The notes: generated by a model from the sequence alone, not told the origin. Shown: positions 1-8,646, counted from the stretch's first letter. The stretch is DNA of 24,000 bases from Bacilli bacterium (GCA_035270805.1 DATESM010000077.1:1-24000), one strand, 5' to 3'. Numbers and translations are program-made.

Positions 1-665
1 TCTTCTAACACATAAGCACCAACCTGATATCCCTTTTTATTAAAGAGATCGATAATGTCTGTTAAATAAAGTTCGCCTGAAGCATTGTTGGTATTTAAAT
101 AGTCTAATTGTTCAAATAAATACGTGTTATTAACAACATAAACGCCCGCGTTGACTTCATTAACTTTAATTTGCTCACCTTGCAAATCCTTTTGTTCGAC
201 AATCGCTTGTACATGATTGTCTTGGTCGCGTATGATGCGCCCATACCCATGTGGATTTTGTGGAGTCGCGGTTAAAACGGTGAGATCAAGCTTATGTTCA
301 AGGTGGTATGACACAAGTTTTCTAAGCGATTCATTCGTCAATAGGGGTGTATCTCCACAGAGAATGAGTGTCGTACCCTCAACGCCTTTGAGCATCGGTG
401 CAGTTTGCATAATGGCATGCCCTGTTCCTAGTTGCTCATGTTGCCAGGCAATATCAGCCTCTTTTTCAACTAACTGCTTAGTATATTCGCCACCATGACC
501 AACAATGACCACCTTTTTTCCATCAACGAGTCCTTTTGTTGCGTCAAGCACATAGTTAACGAGCGCAACCCCTAAAATTGGGTAGCCAACTTTAGAAATG
601 TCATTATTCAGTGAACGCATTCTTGTTCCCTTGCCTGCTGCAAGGATGATTGAGTGTAATTTCAT
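1..665 (-). CDS. glmU: Bifunctional UDP-N-acetylglucosamine pyrophosphorylase/glucosamine-1-phosphate N-acetyltransferase, N-terminal part (truncated by window edge)
   Basis: Reverse strand reads MKLHSIILAAGKGTRMRSLNNDMSKVGYPILG... with the nucleotidyltransferase signature LAAGKGTRM and LCGDTPLLT, ...NPHGYGRIIRD, ...NEVNAGVYV, ...GELYLTDII. Not in the ORF track because it is partial. Confidence 0.93.
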   Translation of the reverse strand, partial: MKLHSIILAAGKGTRMRSLNNDISKVGYPILGVALVNYVLDATKGLVDGKKVVIVGHGGEYTKQLVEKEADIAWQHEQLGTGHAIMQTAPMLKGVEGTTLILCGDTPLLTNESLRKLVSYHLEHKLDLTVLTATPQNPHGYGRIIRDQDNHVQAIVEQKDLQGEQIKVNEVNAGVYVVNNTYLFEQLDYLNTNNASGELYLTDIIDLFNKKGYQVGAYVLE

Positions 666-673
666 AATATATT

Positions 674-690
674 GTCGGTCGTTAGCCGAC
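674..690 (-). promoter_or_regulatory. Small hairpin (GTCGG-7 nt-CCGAC) between SD-like AAGGAGGT (691-698) and the glmU ATG
   Basis: Reverse-strand AAGGAGGT-GTCGGCTAACGACCGAC-AATATATT-ATG; perfect 5-bp arms. Confidence 0.45.
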
Positions 691-779
691 ACCTCCTTTA
701 TCAGTATGTATGAATTTGCCTAATACATATTTTACCTTATTTTGTTTATTGTCGGCGATGTTTATCGCAATTAAATACC

Positions 780-1595
780 TTATTCAGTTCCTTCTTCATC
801 AAAATACTTGAATAATAGGACAAATTTTTGGGCTTCTACTTCCTCTGGTCTTACTTTTAAATCTAAGCCTGCTTGCAAAATGATACTAGTGGCCCTATTG
901 CGATCACCAACAAGCGTGACCAAATTATTTAACAGTGTTTTCCTTCTCATTAGGAACAGCGCCTTAATAAATTTATAAAGGGGGCGTAAGGTTAACCCAT
1001 GCTCTTTGAGTCTAAACACATAGACGCTAGAGTTCACGTTGGGTGAAGGATAAAAAGCTGTTTTATCTGCGTTAAGGACATGTTTAATGGTCCCTGTGAG
1101 ATTGAGAAGAACTGCTAATGGACCATATTCCTTTGATTTTGGAGAGGCAAAAAGCCGCTCACTTACTTCTTGTTGAACCATAAAGACAAAATTAATGAGG
1201 TCTTGATTATCAAGAATGACCTTTTCAATAATAGATGTTGTAATGTAGTAGGGAAGATTAGAGATGACGCTCAAGCGTTGTTGCATAAACGGCACTTTAA
1301 GAATATCCTGGTCAATTACCTCAACATTGGCTTTCTCCTCATAGCGTTTTTTGAGATAAAAAGCTAGCCCATGATCAATTTCGACAAGTTTGACCTGCTT
1401 GGATGTTTCAACAAGGTAATCACTCAATGCACCAAGGCCAGGACCAATTTCATAGATCACTTCACTTTCATCTTCGAGCACAATTTTTGTGATTTTTTCG
1501 GAAATCGTGTGTGAAATTAAAAAGTTTTGTCCGAAACGTTTTTGTGGGGCTAAACCTAGACGTTCTAACAGCGCAATTGTATTATTTTTATCCAT
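780..1595 (-). CDS. rsmA: 16S rRNA (adenine(1518)-N(6)/adenine(1519)-N(6))-dimethyltransferase
   Basis: 271 aa; KRFGQNFLISHTISEKI, EVIYEIGPGLGALSDYL, VISNLPYYITTSII and FYPSPNVNSSVYVF motifs of KsgA/RsmA. Confidence 0.96.
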   Translation of the reverse strand: MDKNNTIALLERLGLAPQKRFGQNFLISHTISEKITKIVLEDESEVIYEIGPGLGALSDYLVETSKQVKLVEIDHGLAFYLKKRYEEKANVEVIDQDILKVPFMQQRLSVISNLPYYITTSIIEKVILDNQDLINFVFMVQQEVSERLFASPKSKEYGPLAVLLNLTGTIKHVLNADKTAFYPSPNVNSSVYVFRLKEHGLTLRPLYKFIKALFLMRRKTLLNNLVTLVGDRNRATSIILQAGLDLKVRPEEVEAQKFVLLFKYFDEEGTE

Positions 1596-2109
1596 GAATT
1601 AAGTCCTCTATTTCTTGTTTTGTCACCCCCAAGTATTTGAGGCGTTTTATCATTGTTTTTTTGTTTGTATTTTTGAGTGGATATTTTTGTGCCAAAATAT
1701 GGTAGAAAGCAGGATTCTTCGCCTGTAAAGTTAATAGATCTGTCAAGTTAAGGGAGAGAGGCATTTCTTTTGCAGGTGAAACTAGGGGCGTGACGACTTC
1801 AAGCAAGTGTTCAATGTCCGTTTCAGCAATACCAACCTTCCCCTTTTTGATCCCTCTTTTTTTGTCCGTCAGTGCCACTTTAGGGTTAGTAAGGACCGCT
1901 AATAGGGTTTGACGAATTTGATTTCCTGGGCCGTCAGGGTCTGTAATAATGACGATATCATGCGTTTTTTCCAAAGCAATGAGATAGTCTTTTGTTTCAC
2001 GTGAAACATATGTTCCGTTTGTAATGACTATTTCGGTATCAAAAAATCTCGATAAAAGCGCCTTATCACTTTGCCCTTCGACAACGAATACCGAATTAGT
2101 TTTAATCAT
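1588..2109 (-). CDS. rnmV: Ribonuclease M5 (TOPRIM domain, 5S rRNA maturation)
   Basis: 173 aa; VVEGQSDKALLSRFFDTEIVITNG, ITDPDGPGNQIR, KKGKVGIAETD; located next to rsmA as is common in Bacillota. Confidence 0.93.
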   Translation of the reverse strand: MIKTNSVFVVEGQSDKALLSRFFDTEIVITNGTYVSRETKDYLIALEKTHDIVIITDPDGPGNQIRQTLLAVLTNPKVALTDKKRGIKKGKVGIAETDIEHLLEVVTPLVSPAKEMPLSLNLTDLLTLQAKNPAFYHILAQKYPLKNTNKKTMIKRLKYLGVTKQEIEDLIHG

Positions 2110-2885
2110 TGCTGTTCCACATGAAACACATTGAAGCTATTAGCGAGGATAATTTCGGCTAATTTTTCTTCATCCATCGCTCTTAAAAGTGCAATCTCTT
2201 TGAGGATGAGAGGAAGTAGACTTGATTGATTTAATTTCCCCCTCAATGGATGAGGGGCCAAGTAAGGGCTATCTGTTTCTATTAATAGACGGTCAAGTGG
2301 GACATCCATCGCTACGCGTTTTGGTTCTTTTGCATTCTTAAAAGTGACGGGTCCTCCCAGCGAAATATAAAAGCCTAATTTAATAAACTCTTGCGCCATT
2401 TCACTCGAAGAAGAAAAGCAGTGCATAATGCCTCCCTTATTGACTGGATGTGCTTTCAGAATATCTAGCGTATCTTGACTTGCATCACGCATATGGACAA
2501 CGATTGGTAAATTATATTGGTTGGCGAGTTGAATTTGACGAACAAACCATTGTTTTTGAATGGCGTGTTCTTCGCTCTCCTTATGCCAGTGGTAATCAAG
2601 TCCAATTTCACCTAATGCGACGACTTTATTATGGCTTAGAAGTGCTTCAATTTCTTTTAAATCATTTTCTTCTGTCTTAAAAACATCACTAGGATGGATA
2701 CCAATCACGGCAAAAACATTTGGATAACGGGTCGCTAGTTCGAGTGCTTTTTTACTCGAGGCTAAATCCCAACCAACCACACTTAAATATTTAACACCTT
2801 CACTTTGTGCCCGTGAAAGATAGCCTTCAATATCTTGTTGAAAGTCTTGGGCATTTAAATGACAGTGTGTATCAAATAAAATCAT
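2106..2885 (-). CDS. tatD: TatD family metal-dependent hydrolase
   Basis: MILFDTHCHLNAQDF, ALGEIGLDYHW, PIVVHMRDA, GGIMHCFSSS, LLIETDSPYLAPHPLRGKLN. The start at 2885 is preferred over the extended ORF start at 2948 because the canonical TatD N-terminus is M(I/L)FDTHCHL. Confidence 0.92.
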   Translation of the reverse strand: MILFDTHCHLNAQDFQQDIEGYLSRAQSEGVKYLSVVGWDLASSKKALELATRYPNVFAVIGIHPSDVFKTEENDLKEIEALLSHNKVVALGEIGLDYHWHKESEEHAIQKQWFVRQIQLANQYNLPIVVHMRDASQDTLDILKAHPVNKGGIMHCFSSSSEMAQEFIKLGFYISLGGPVTFKNAKEPKRVAMDVPLDRLLIETDSPYLAPHPLRGKLNQSSLLPLILKEIALLRAMDEEKLAEIILANSFNVFHVEQQ

Positions 2886-2886
2886 C

Positions 2887-4215
2887 TTATTTACCCACAC
2901 AAAAACGCGAAAATATCTCTTTAGAGAGATCGGCGTCATTATTTTCACCTAATAGATCATTTAATGTAAAGAAGGCGTCTTGTAGTGTGACCGAAACAAG
3001 ATCAAGCGGCACATCATTAAGCGCATCTTCCCTTGCTTGCTCGAGTAATCGCTTTGTTTTTGAAAGTAATCCAAGTTGACGCGCATTATTTAAACTTGGT
3101 CTGAGAGAACTTTCTTCTTCAATGCCTAAAAGCGCAAGTACTTGCCGCTCTAGGCCAGCGATGTCTTTACTCAGTGCAGAAATATAAATAGCATCTTCGT
3201 CACGGTCTTTGATAAGATCACTTTTGTTATAGACAACGATTCTCTTTTTGTGTTTGGTCATCTCAATCAGTTCGCGGTCTTCTTCATTCAATTTTTGTGA
3301 AGCATCGAGAACAACAATAATCAGATCCGCATCTTGAATTGACTGTTTAGCTTTGTTAATTCCAATTGATTCAACGACGTCGCTACTTTCTCTTATGCCT
3401 GCTGTATCAAATAGATTAAGCGTAATACCCTTTATTTTTACTTGGCCTTCAACAATATCTCTTGTCGTTCCTGCAATATCGGTCACAATGGCTTTCTCTT
3501 CATTAAGTAGGGCGTTCAATAGTGATGACTTGCCAACGTTAGGACGCCCGACAATGGCGACGTTAATCCCCTCTTTAATGATCTTCCCTTGTAATCCTTG
3601 GGCAATTAGCTTAGCAATTTCTTGGTTAATAGTCATTAACTGTTCAATGACTTCCTGTTTCGTGACAATTCCGATGTCTTCATATTCAGGATAATCAATA
3701 TTAACCTCAATATGGCTGAGTAAATCAGCGATTTTAGCCTTGATTGGTATCACGATTTGGCTGGTTGCGCCTTCAAGAGACAATAAAGACAACTTCTTGG
3801 CCTCATTCGATGTTGCATTGATCATGTCATTAATCGCTTCGGCTTGAATCAAATCAATTTTTCCATTCAAATATGCTCGACTTGAAAACTCACCTTGAAC
3901 CGCTAGACGAGCGCCATGTTTGACAAAAAGCTCCATGATCTGATTGGCGATCAGCATTGACCCGTGACAAATAATTTCAACAACATTTTCACCTGTAAAA
4001 GATTTAGGTGCAACGAAAAGAAGTGCCACAACTTCATCAATGATTTCACCATCATCAACAATATAGCCGTATTCAATTTTTTTACTCTTTGTCTGGCTGA
4101 CATCTTTACTAAAGATTTTGCCAAATATTTCAATCGCATCAGCGCCCGATACACGGATGACAGCGAGCGCACTTTTTAGGGGGGCTGTCGCTAATGCAAC
4201 GATTGTTTCTACCAT
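2887..4215 (-). CDS. mnmE: tRNA modification GTPase MnmE/TrmE
   Basis: MVETIVALATAP..., FTGENVVEI, GRPNVGKSSLLNAL, DIAGTTRDIVEG, LFDTAGIRE, and C-terminus EIFSRFCVGK. ATG at 4215 follows SD-like GAGGTG. Confidence 0.96.
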   Translation of the reverse strand: MVETIVALATAPLKSALAVIRVSGADAIEIFGKIFSKDVSQTKSKKIEYGYIVDDGEIIDEVVALLFVAPKSFTGENVVEIICHGSMLIANQIMELFVKHGARLAVQGEFSSRAYLNGKIDLIQAEAINDMINATSNEAKKLSLLSLEGATSQIVIPIKAKIADLLSHIEVNIDYPEYEDIGIVTKQEVIEQLMTINQEIAKLIAQGLQGKIIKEGINVAIVGRPNVGKSSLLNALLNEEKAIVTDIAGTTRDIVEGQVKIKGITLNLFDTAGIRESSDVVESIGINKAKQSIQDADLIIVVLDASQKLNEEDRELIEMTKHKKRIVVYNKSDLIKDRDEDAIYISALSKDIAGLERQVLALLGIEEESSLRPSLNNARQLGLLSKTKRLLEQAREDALNDVPLDLVSVTLQDAFFTLNDLLGENNDADLSKEIFSRFCVGK

Positions 4216-4254
4216 AATGATCACCTCTTAAATATTTTAACATAATCGACTATA

Positions 4255-4284
4255 AGCAAGAGAAAAACCACCAAGTGGTGGTTA
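4255..4284 (-). terminator. Rho-independent terminator of the rpmH-rnpA-yidC-jag gene set, overlapping the jag stop codon
   Basis: Reverse strand AACCACCACTTGGTGGTTTTTCTCTT: 8-nt complementary arms (4266-4273 / 4276-4283) followed by a T-rich tract. Confidence 0.8.
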
Positions 4285-4887
4285 TTCAGTTTCAGTGTAT
4301 TTAATGACAATGCGGCGATCGCTACGTTCACCAACAGATTCGGTCGCGATGTTTGTGTAGCCAGAGAGGGCATTATGAACTGCGCGTCTTTCATCGGCAA
4401 CCATCGGGTCAAGTGTCACATCAATGTGTGTCTTCTTAACCTCACGAGCAATGCGTTTAGCCATTGAGATAACCTTAGTATAGCGTTGGTTTTTATAATC
4501 ATTAATGTCGACAAGCACACGGATACGTTTTTTGTAGTGCGTGGTTGCCGCGAGTTTGACTAGTTGGTTGATGGCGGCAAGTGTTCTCCCGTTTTTACCA
4601 ATCAGAATTGAGTTGTGCGTTGTATCTACTTCAAGTCTGATGAGCGCTCCTTCAACTGAAGGTTTGACGGTTGGTTCGATGTCGAAGGCACTAATGATAT
4701 CCACTAAGTATTTTGATAAGTACTCGATTACATCACTGACTTCATGAACGTTAATGACGACTGTCTTTTTGAAAAGTCTTTTCTTTTCTTCGACAAACTC
4801 ATAAATAATGTCTTCAACTGGAAGACCAAAATCTTCACTAGCTTGCTCGAGGGCGAGCTCTATTGTTTTTGCTTCATATATTTTCAT
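4282..4887 (-). CDS. khpB: RNA-binding protein KhpB/Jag (Jag_N, KH and R3H domains)
   Basis: 201 aa; MKIYEAKTIELALEQASEDFGL (Jag_N), LIGKNGRTLAAINQLVK (KH GxxG), RIAREVKKT...LDPMVADERRAVHNALSG (R3H). Confidence 0.92.
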   Translation of the reverse strand: MKIYEAKTIELALEQASEDFGLPVEDIIYEFVEEKKRLFKKTVVINVHEVSDVIEYLSKYLVDIISAFDIEPTVKPSVEGALIRLEVDTTHNSILIGKNGRTLAAINQLVKLAATTHYKKRIRVLVDINDYKNQRYTKVISMAKRIAREVKKTHIDVTLDPMVADERRAVHNALSGYTNIATESVGERSDRRIVIKYTETE

Positions 4888-6269
4888 TTTTTAGTCCTCT
4901 TCTTTTCTAATACAATGTGTGTAATAACGGCTTGAGCGATTGAAATAAGCGCACCAACAAGCCAGTAAATTCCCATCGCTGCTGGGAGTGACCAGGACAT
5001 GACGATAATCATGATAAACATAAACCAGGTAATCATCTTCATTTGTGATTGTTGTTTATCAGCGGCAGGATTTGTCGTTGTCTTAACAACATCTTTTTTC
5101 ACGCGTCCTTTGGTTAGCCATTGGGTAATTCTTGTGGCGATAAATTGGGCAACCGCCATCAGAAGGAAGAGGCCTACAGCCGTCCACCAACCAGGGCTAA
5201 ACCAGTTAGCCATCATCGCACTACCTAGTTGTGCGTTAAGATTGAGCCCTAAAACAGCATCACTTGCTAGTGAAGCACTACCTGTCATCGCTCCCCAAAC
5301 CGCAATAAAGATTGGGAATTGGACAAACATGACAAGAATCGAACTCAATGGATTAACACCATTTTTCTTATAAAGAGCCATTTGCGCATTTGCAAGAGCT
5401 TGTTTTTCATATTGGTTTGTGTTTGAATTTGGGAATTTTTGTTGAATTTTGGAAAGTTCAGGTTGCAGGGCTTGCATTTTTTGTTGAGATATAGTCGATT
5501 TGAGCGTCACTAAAATCATCAGCGTTCTCACAACGACTGTGACAATAAGGATAGCCCATACTTGACCAATACCACCAGCGCCAAATGCTGAGGTTAAGAC
5601 TTCAACAAATGCGGCGATAGGATAAACAAGTAAGCCTTCGATTGGTCCACGGCTAAATGCATAACCCCAGTCCTTTGCGGTCACGGTGATTTTTTCACCA
5701 TCTGGTCCATATTGACCTTCGGTAATAGCAATACAGGCTCTGTAAGCAGCAACCTTGGTTGTTAGTTCTTGTTTATAAAATGCTTTGAAATCTGTTGTTG
5801 GGGCGTTTTCGATACCGATTTCTTGACCAATTGAGTGAACCCAATAGTCAAAGTTTCCCCATAGATCAGTGCCATCATTCGCACTCATCACTTCCTTAGT
5901 TCCTAAAAACTTATAGTGTCCAAATAGTCTCAGAGCCTCTTGGTTGTTTTCCTCAGCACTGAGTTGTGCATCTGGTGTGTAAAAAGAGTTAGCGAGTGAC
6001 AAAACTTCTTCATCAAGCCGAATCCAGAAAGCTTGGGTTGGAACCGCAAAACCCTGATCTTCAGCTTTTTCAATAACCGCTTGTAGATTATCGTTATAGG
6101 TGTAAGTTGTTGTTTCGCCTTCAACGGTTGTGATCAAGCCACGATCTTCGTTGTAGAGCATATGAGCAGTATCAGCTGGAGCACAAAAGCTAGCCGTACA
6201 GCCGGATAAGACGAAAACGGCCGTAATTAAACCGCCGATGGTTAATAGTCTTTTATTTTTCTTGTTCAT
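4884..6269 (-). CDS. yidC: Membrane protein insertase YidC/OxaA family, lipoprotein form with long N-terminal extracytoplasmic region
   Basis: 461 aa; lipobox VLSGC; insertase core with IVTVVVRTLMILVTLKSTISQQKMQALQPELSKIQQKF, NPLSSILVMFVQFPIFIAVWGAM, SLPAAMGIYWLVGALI; position between rnpA and jag. Confidence 0.93.
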   Translation of the reverse strand: MNKKNKRLLTIGGLITAVFVLSGCTASFCAPADTAHMLYNEDRGLITTVEGETTTYTYNDNLQAVIEKAEDQGFAVPTQAFWIRLDEEVLSLANSFYTPDAQLSAEENNQEALRLFGHYKFLGTKEVMSANDGTDLWGNFDYWVHSIGQEIGIENAPTTDFKAFYKQELTTKVAAYRACIAITEGQYGPDGEKITVTAKDWGYAFSRGPIEGLLVYPIAAFVEVLTSAFGAGGIGQVWAILIVTVVVRTLMILVTLKSTISQQKMQALQPELSKIQQKFPNSNTNQYEKQALANAQMALYKKNGVNPLSSILVMFVQFPIFIAVWGAMTGSASLASDAVLGLNLNAQLGSAMMANWFSPGWWTAVGLFLLMAVAQFIATRITQWLTKGRVKKDVVKTTTNPAADKQQSQMKMITWFMFIMIIVMSWSLPAAMGIYWLVGALISIAQAVITHIVLEKKRTKK

Positions 6270-6597
6270 TCAGTTTTATCTCCGTTTTGTCTAACATTTT
6301 TTTGACTAGTTCACTAATTTGCGCAAACGAGTAATCAAGATAATTTTTTCTCACAACCGCAATGATTTCGAAATGAGGATATGTTTCAATGTAGTTTCTA
6401 AAAATAGAGCGGAGTTGTCGTTTAATCTTGTTTCTCGTGACTGCATTGCCTACCTTTTTGCTAACAGCAATGCCTACAGTGAGATGATTGCTTTGACAAG
6501 TGTAATATAGCACTAATGCATTAGTCTTGAGAGCAGTTCCTTCATGAAGAATACGTGTGAAGTCTTTATTGTGTCTCACGCGATTGTATTTTTTCAC
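6253..6597 (-). CDS. rnpA: Ribonuclease P protein component
   Basis: 114 aa; GTG start behind GGAGGG; GIAVSKKVGNAVTRNKIKRQLR signature. Confidence 0.95.
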   Translation of the reverse strand: MKKYNRVRHNKDFTRILHEGTALKTNALVLYYTCQSNHLTVGIAVSKKVGNAVTRNKIKRQLRSIFRNYIETYPHFEIIAVVRKNYLDYSFAQISELVKKMLDKTEIKLNEQEK

Positions 6598-6623
6598 TTA
6601 GAACCCTCCTTCATTAAGAAAAT

Positions 6624-6641
6624 AGCCGGATTGAACCGGCT
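6624..6641 (-). repeat. Inverted repeat / hairpin AGCCGG-TTCAAT-CCGGCT between rpmH and rnpA
   Basis: 6-bp perfect arms with a 6-nt loop, followed on the reverse strand by TATTTTCTT. Confidence 0.6.
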
Positions 6642-6647
6642 TCAGAA

Positions 6648-6782
6648 TTAAACTGTTAAGGAATGACGACCCTTAGCGCGACGTGCTGCTAAGATTTTAC
6701 GACCACTAGGTGTTGACATTCTTTCTCTAAAGCCATGGACACGGGCTCTTTTGATCTTACTTGGTTGATATGTTCTTTTCAT
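6648..6782 (-). CDS. rpmH: 50S ribosomal protein L34
   Basis: Manual translation gives 44 aa: [44 protein letters not shown]. Not in the ORF track (too short). Confidence 0.97.
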   Translation of the reverse strand: MKRTYQPSKIKRARVHGFRERMSTPSGRKILAARRAKGRHSLTV

Positions 6783-6830
6783 ATTGGTTCTCCTTGCTGT
6801 TTAGCATTACAACATAAGTTGTGCTTATAA

Positions 6831-6860
6831 ATTGTATATTCTTTTACTATGTAAAGTCAA
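6831..6860 (-). promoter_or_regulatory. Putative sigma-A-type promoter for rpmH
   Basis: Reverse strand TTGACT (6855-6860), 18 nt spacer, TACAAT (6831-6836), or TATACA (6833-6838) with a 16 nt spacer. Confidence 0.6.
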
Positions 6861-6920
6861 ACGAATAATAAAAAATGATTCAAAAGCGTCAAAATGACAC
6901 TGTTTTACCATCAAATTGAT

Positions 6921-7198
6921 TTCTCCACATTTTTTGTGGAAAAGCTGACTGGATACTGTGAAATCCTTATAAAAACACTGATAACATGGTTGTTTATCTT
7001 TGTGGAAAAACAAGCAGGCCTGGGGAAAACAATACACACAACCCACAGTTATCCTTGTTTACAAATTTATCCACACAGTTATCCCCATAAGAAAATTGTG
7101 GAAAGTGTGGATAACTCTATAAAATCGTCGCTTTTTTATCCTCTTTTTGTGGACAAATAATTTAGTGGGATTTTCGCCCCCATTTCAGATGTGGATAT
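6921..7198. promoter_or_regulatory. oriC: Chromosomal origin (oriC), DnaA-box cluster upstream of dnaA
   Basis: Perfect TTATCCACA boxes at 7067-7075 (+) and 7106-7114 (-). One-mismatch boxes at 6921-6929 (+), 6935-6943 (-), 7001-7009 (-), 7079-7087 (+), 7148-7156 (-) and 7190-7198 (-). The strand switch of all flanking genes falls here. Confidence 0.93.
7096..7123 (+). promoter_or_regulatory. Putative dnaA promoter overlapping a perfect DnaA box
   Basis: TTGTGG (7096-7101), 16 nt spacer, TATAAA (7118-7123); the DnaA box at 7106-7114 sits in the spacer. Confidence 0.5.
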
Positions 7199-7235
7199 GT
7201 TAGAATTCCTTTGTAGTTAAACGGAGGCTTAGTTT

Positions 7236-8597
7236 ATGATCAAGTCGATTTCAGAAATCACTCAATTGTGGGATCGCTCACTAGCGAGAATCAAAGAGAA
7301 AATAACCGAAAGACACGTGTACGATGCTTTTTTTACAAACACATACATTTACACAATTAATGGTGACACCATCTCTGTAGTTGCTAATTCAAATTTAGCT
7401 AAATCCGTCCTCGCTTCAACCTACACCAATCTCGTTGAAGAAATCGTGGCCGATATTACAGAATCTAACTATCGTATTGATTTTATTGTTGCTGAAGAAA
7501 TTAGTAAAACCGTCGAAAAACCTGTCGAAAAAGCCCGTTCTTCTTTTTTCCAAACATCAAAAATAAATCCCAAATTTACATTTGACAACTTTGTTGTTGG
7601 TCGCAATAGCAACCTCCAAGCCTATCAAGCCGCCCTGATGATTTCTGCCACACCAGGCAAGATGTATAACCCTTTATTCATCTATGCCTCTTCTGGACTT
7701 GGCAAAACGCATTTACTGCATGCCATCGGTAATTATATAAAAGAAACCACACCTTTACTCAATGTTTTATACATCTCCACTGATGACTTTGTTGAAGAGT
7801 ATATTCGCTTCGTCCATGGTGACAAAGAAAGCGAATCTTTAAAAGATTTCTTCCGCTCAATTGATGTTCTGCTCATTGATGATATTCAATTTTTAGCGGA
7901 AAAACCAAAAACTGAAGAAATGTTTTTTCACATCTTTAATTCCCTCGTTAATAGTAACAAACAAATAGTCCTGACAAGCGACCGTCATCCCAGCGAATTA
8001 AAGGGGCTTGAAAACCGCTTAGTATCGCGTTTTAACCAAGGTTTACAAATCAGCATTTCTGTCCCCGATTTAGAAACACGCAAAGAGATTTTGAAGAAGA
8101 AAATCATTGCCAATAACCTTGACGTTAATGACTTTGATGACGATGTTTTGGAGTTCTTTGCTGATCGCTTTGGCAACAATGTTCGCGACCTCGAAGGCGC
8201 ACTCAATCGTTTGCTGTTTTTTATCATTAACATCCATCCCACAACCAAAGTCACCTACGAAATTGCCGCTCAATCGGTTGAATCGCTCATCAATGTACTC
8301 GATTCTCAAACCAAACTGAGTGAAAAGCGTGTGATTAGTGTTGTTGCCGACTATTATAACTTAACGCCTACCCAATTAACCGGGCGCAACCGGACCACAC
8401 AAGTGAGCATGGCCCGCCATATCGCGATGTATCTGATGCGCGAACTACTCGACCTCCCCTTTTCTAAGGTTGGTAAAGCTTTTGGGGGCAAAGACCACTC
8501 GACTGTGATGAACGCGATTCAAAAGGTGGAGAAATTGTTGAAAACGGATCCGTCTTTCAAGAAAGTTATCGACGACTTGAATGCTAGATTAAAATAA
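7236..8597 (+). CDS. dnaA: Chromosomal replication initiator protein DnaA
   Basis: 453 aa; NPLFIYASSGLGKTHLLHAIGNYI, DVLLIDDIQFLAEKPKTEEMFFHIFN, ENRLVSRF, VGKAFGGKDHSTVMNAIQKV; SD GGAGG at 7223. Confidence 0.98.
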   Translation: MIKSISEITQLWDRSLARIKEKITERHVYDAFFTNTYIYTINGDTISVVANSNLAKSVLASTYTNLVEEIVADITESNYRIDFIVAEEISKTVEKPVEKARSSFFQTSKINPKFTFDNFVVGRNSNLQAYQAALMISATPGKMYNPLFIYASSGLGKTHLLHAIGNYIKETTPLLNVLYISTDDFVEEYIRFVHGDKESESLKDFFRSIDVLLIDDIQFLAEKPKTEEMFFHIFNSLVNSNKQIVLTSDRHPSELKGLENRLVSRFNQGLQISISVPDLETRKEILKKKIIANNLDVNDFDDDVLEFFADRFGNNVRDLEGALNRLLFFIINIHPTTKVTYEIAAQSVESLINVLDSQTKLSEKRVISVVADYYNLTPTQLTGRNRTTQVSMARHIAMYLMRELLDLPFSKVGKAFGGKDHSTVMNAIQKVEKLLKTDPSFKKVIDDLNARLK

Positions 8598-8646
8598 GCT
8601 TTTATGTAATAAAACCTATACTATTGAACCCAGAGTTGTGGTAAAA

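Noticed and set aside
217-498. 93-aa + strand ORF
   Set aside because: Antisense to glmU, low-complexity Ser/Cys-rich translation, no SD or family motif. Typical shadow ORF.
755-768. GCGAT-GTTT-ATCGC inverted repeat downstream of rsmA
   Set aside because: Considered as a terminator, but no T-run follows on the transcribed strand. Left as an unexplained small hairpin.
3353-3694. 113-aa + strand ORF inside mnmE
   Set aside because: Antisense shadow of the conserved MnmE G domain. No independent support.
4999-5373. 124-aa + strand ORF inside yidC
   Set aside because: Its hydrophobicity mirrors the YidC TM helices on the complementary strand. Shadow ORF.
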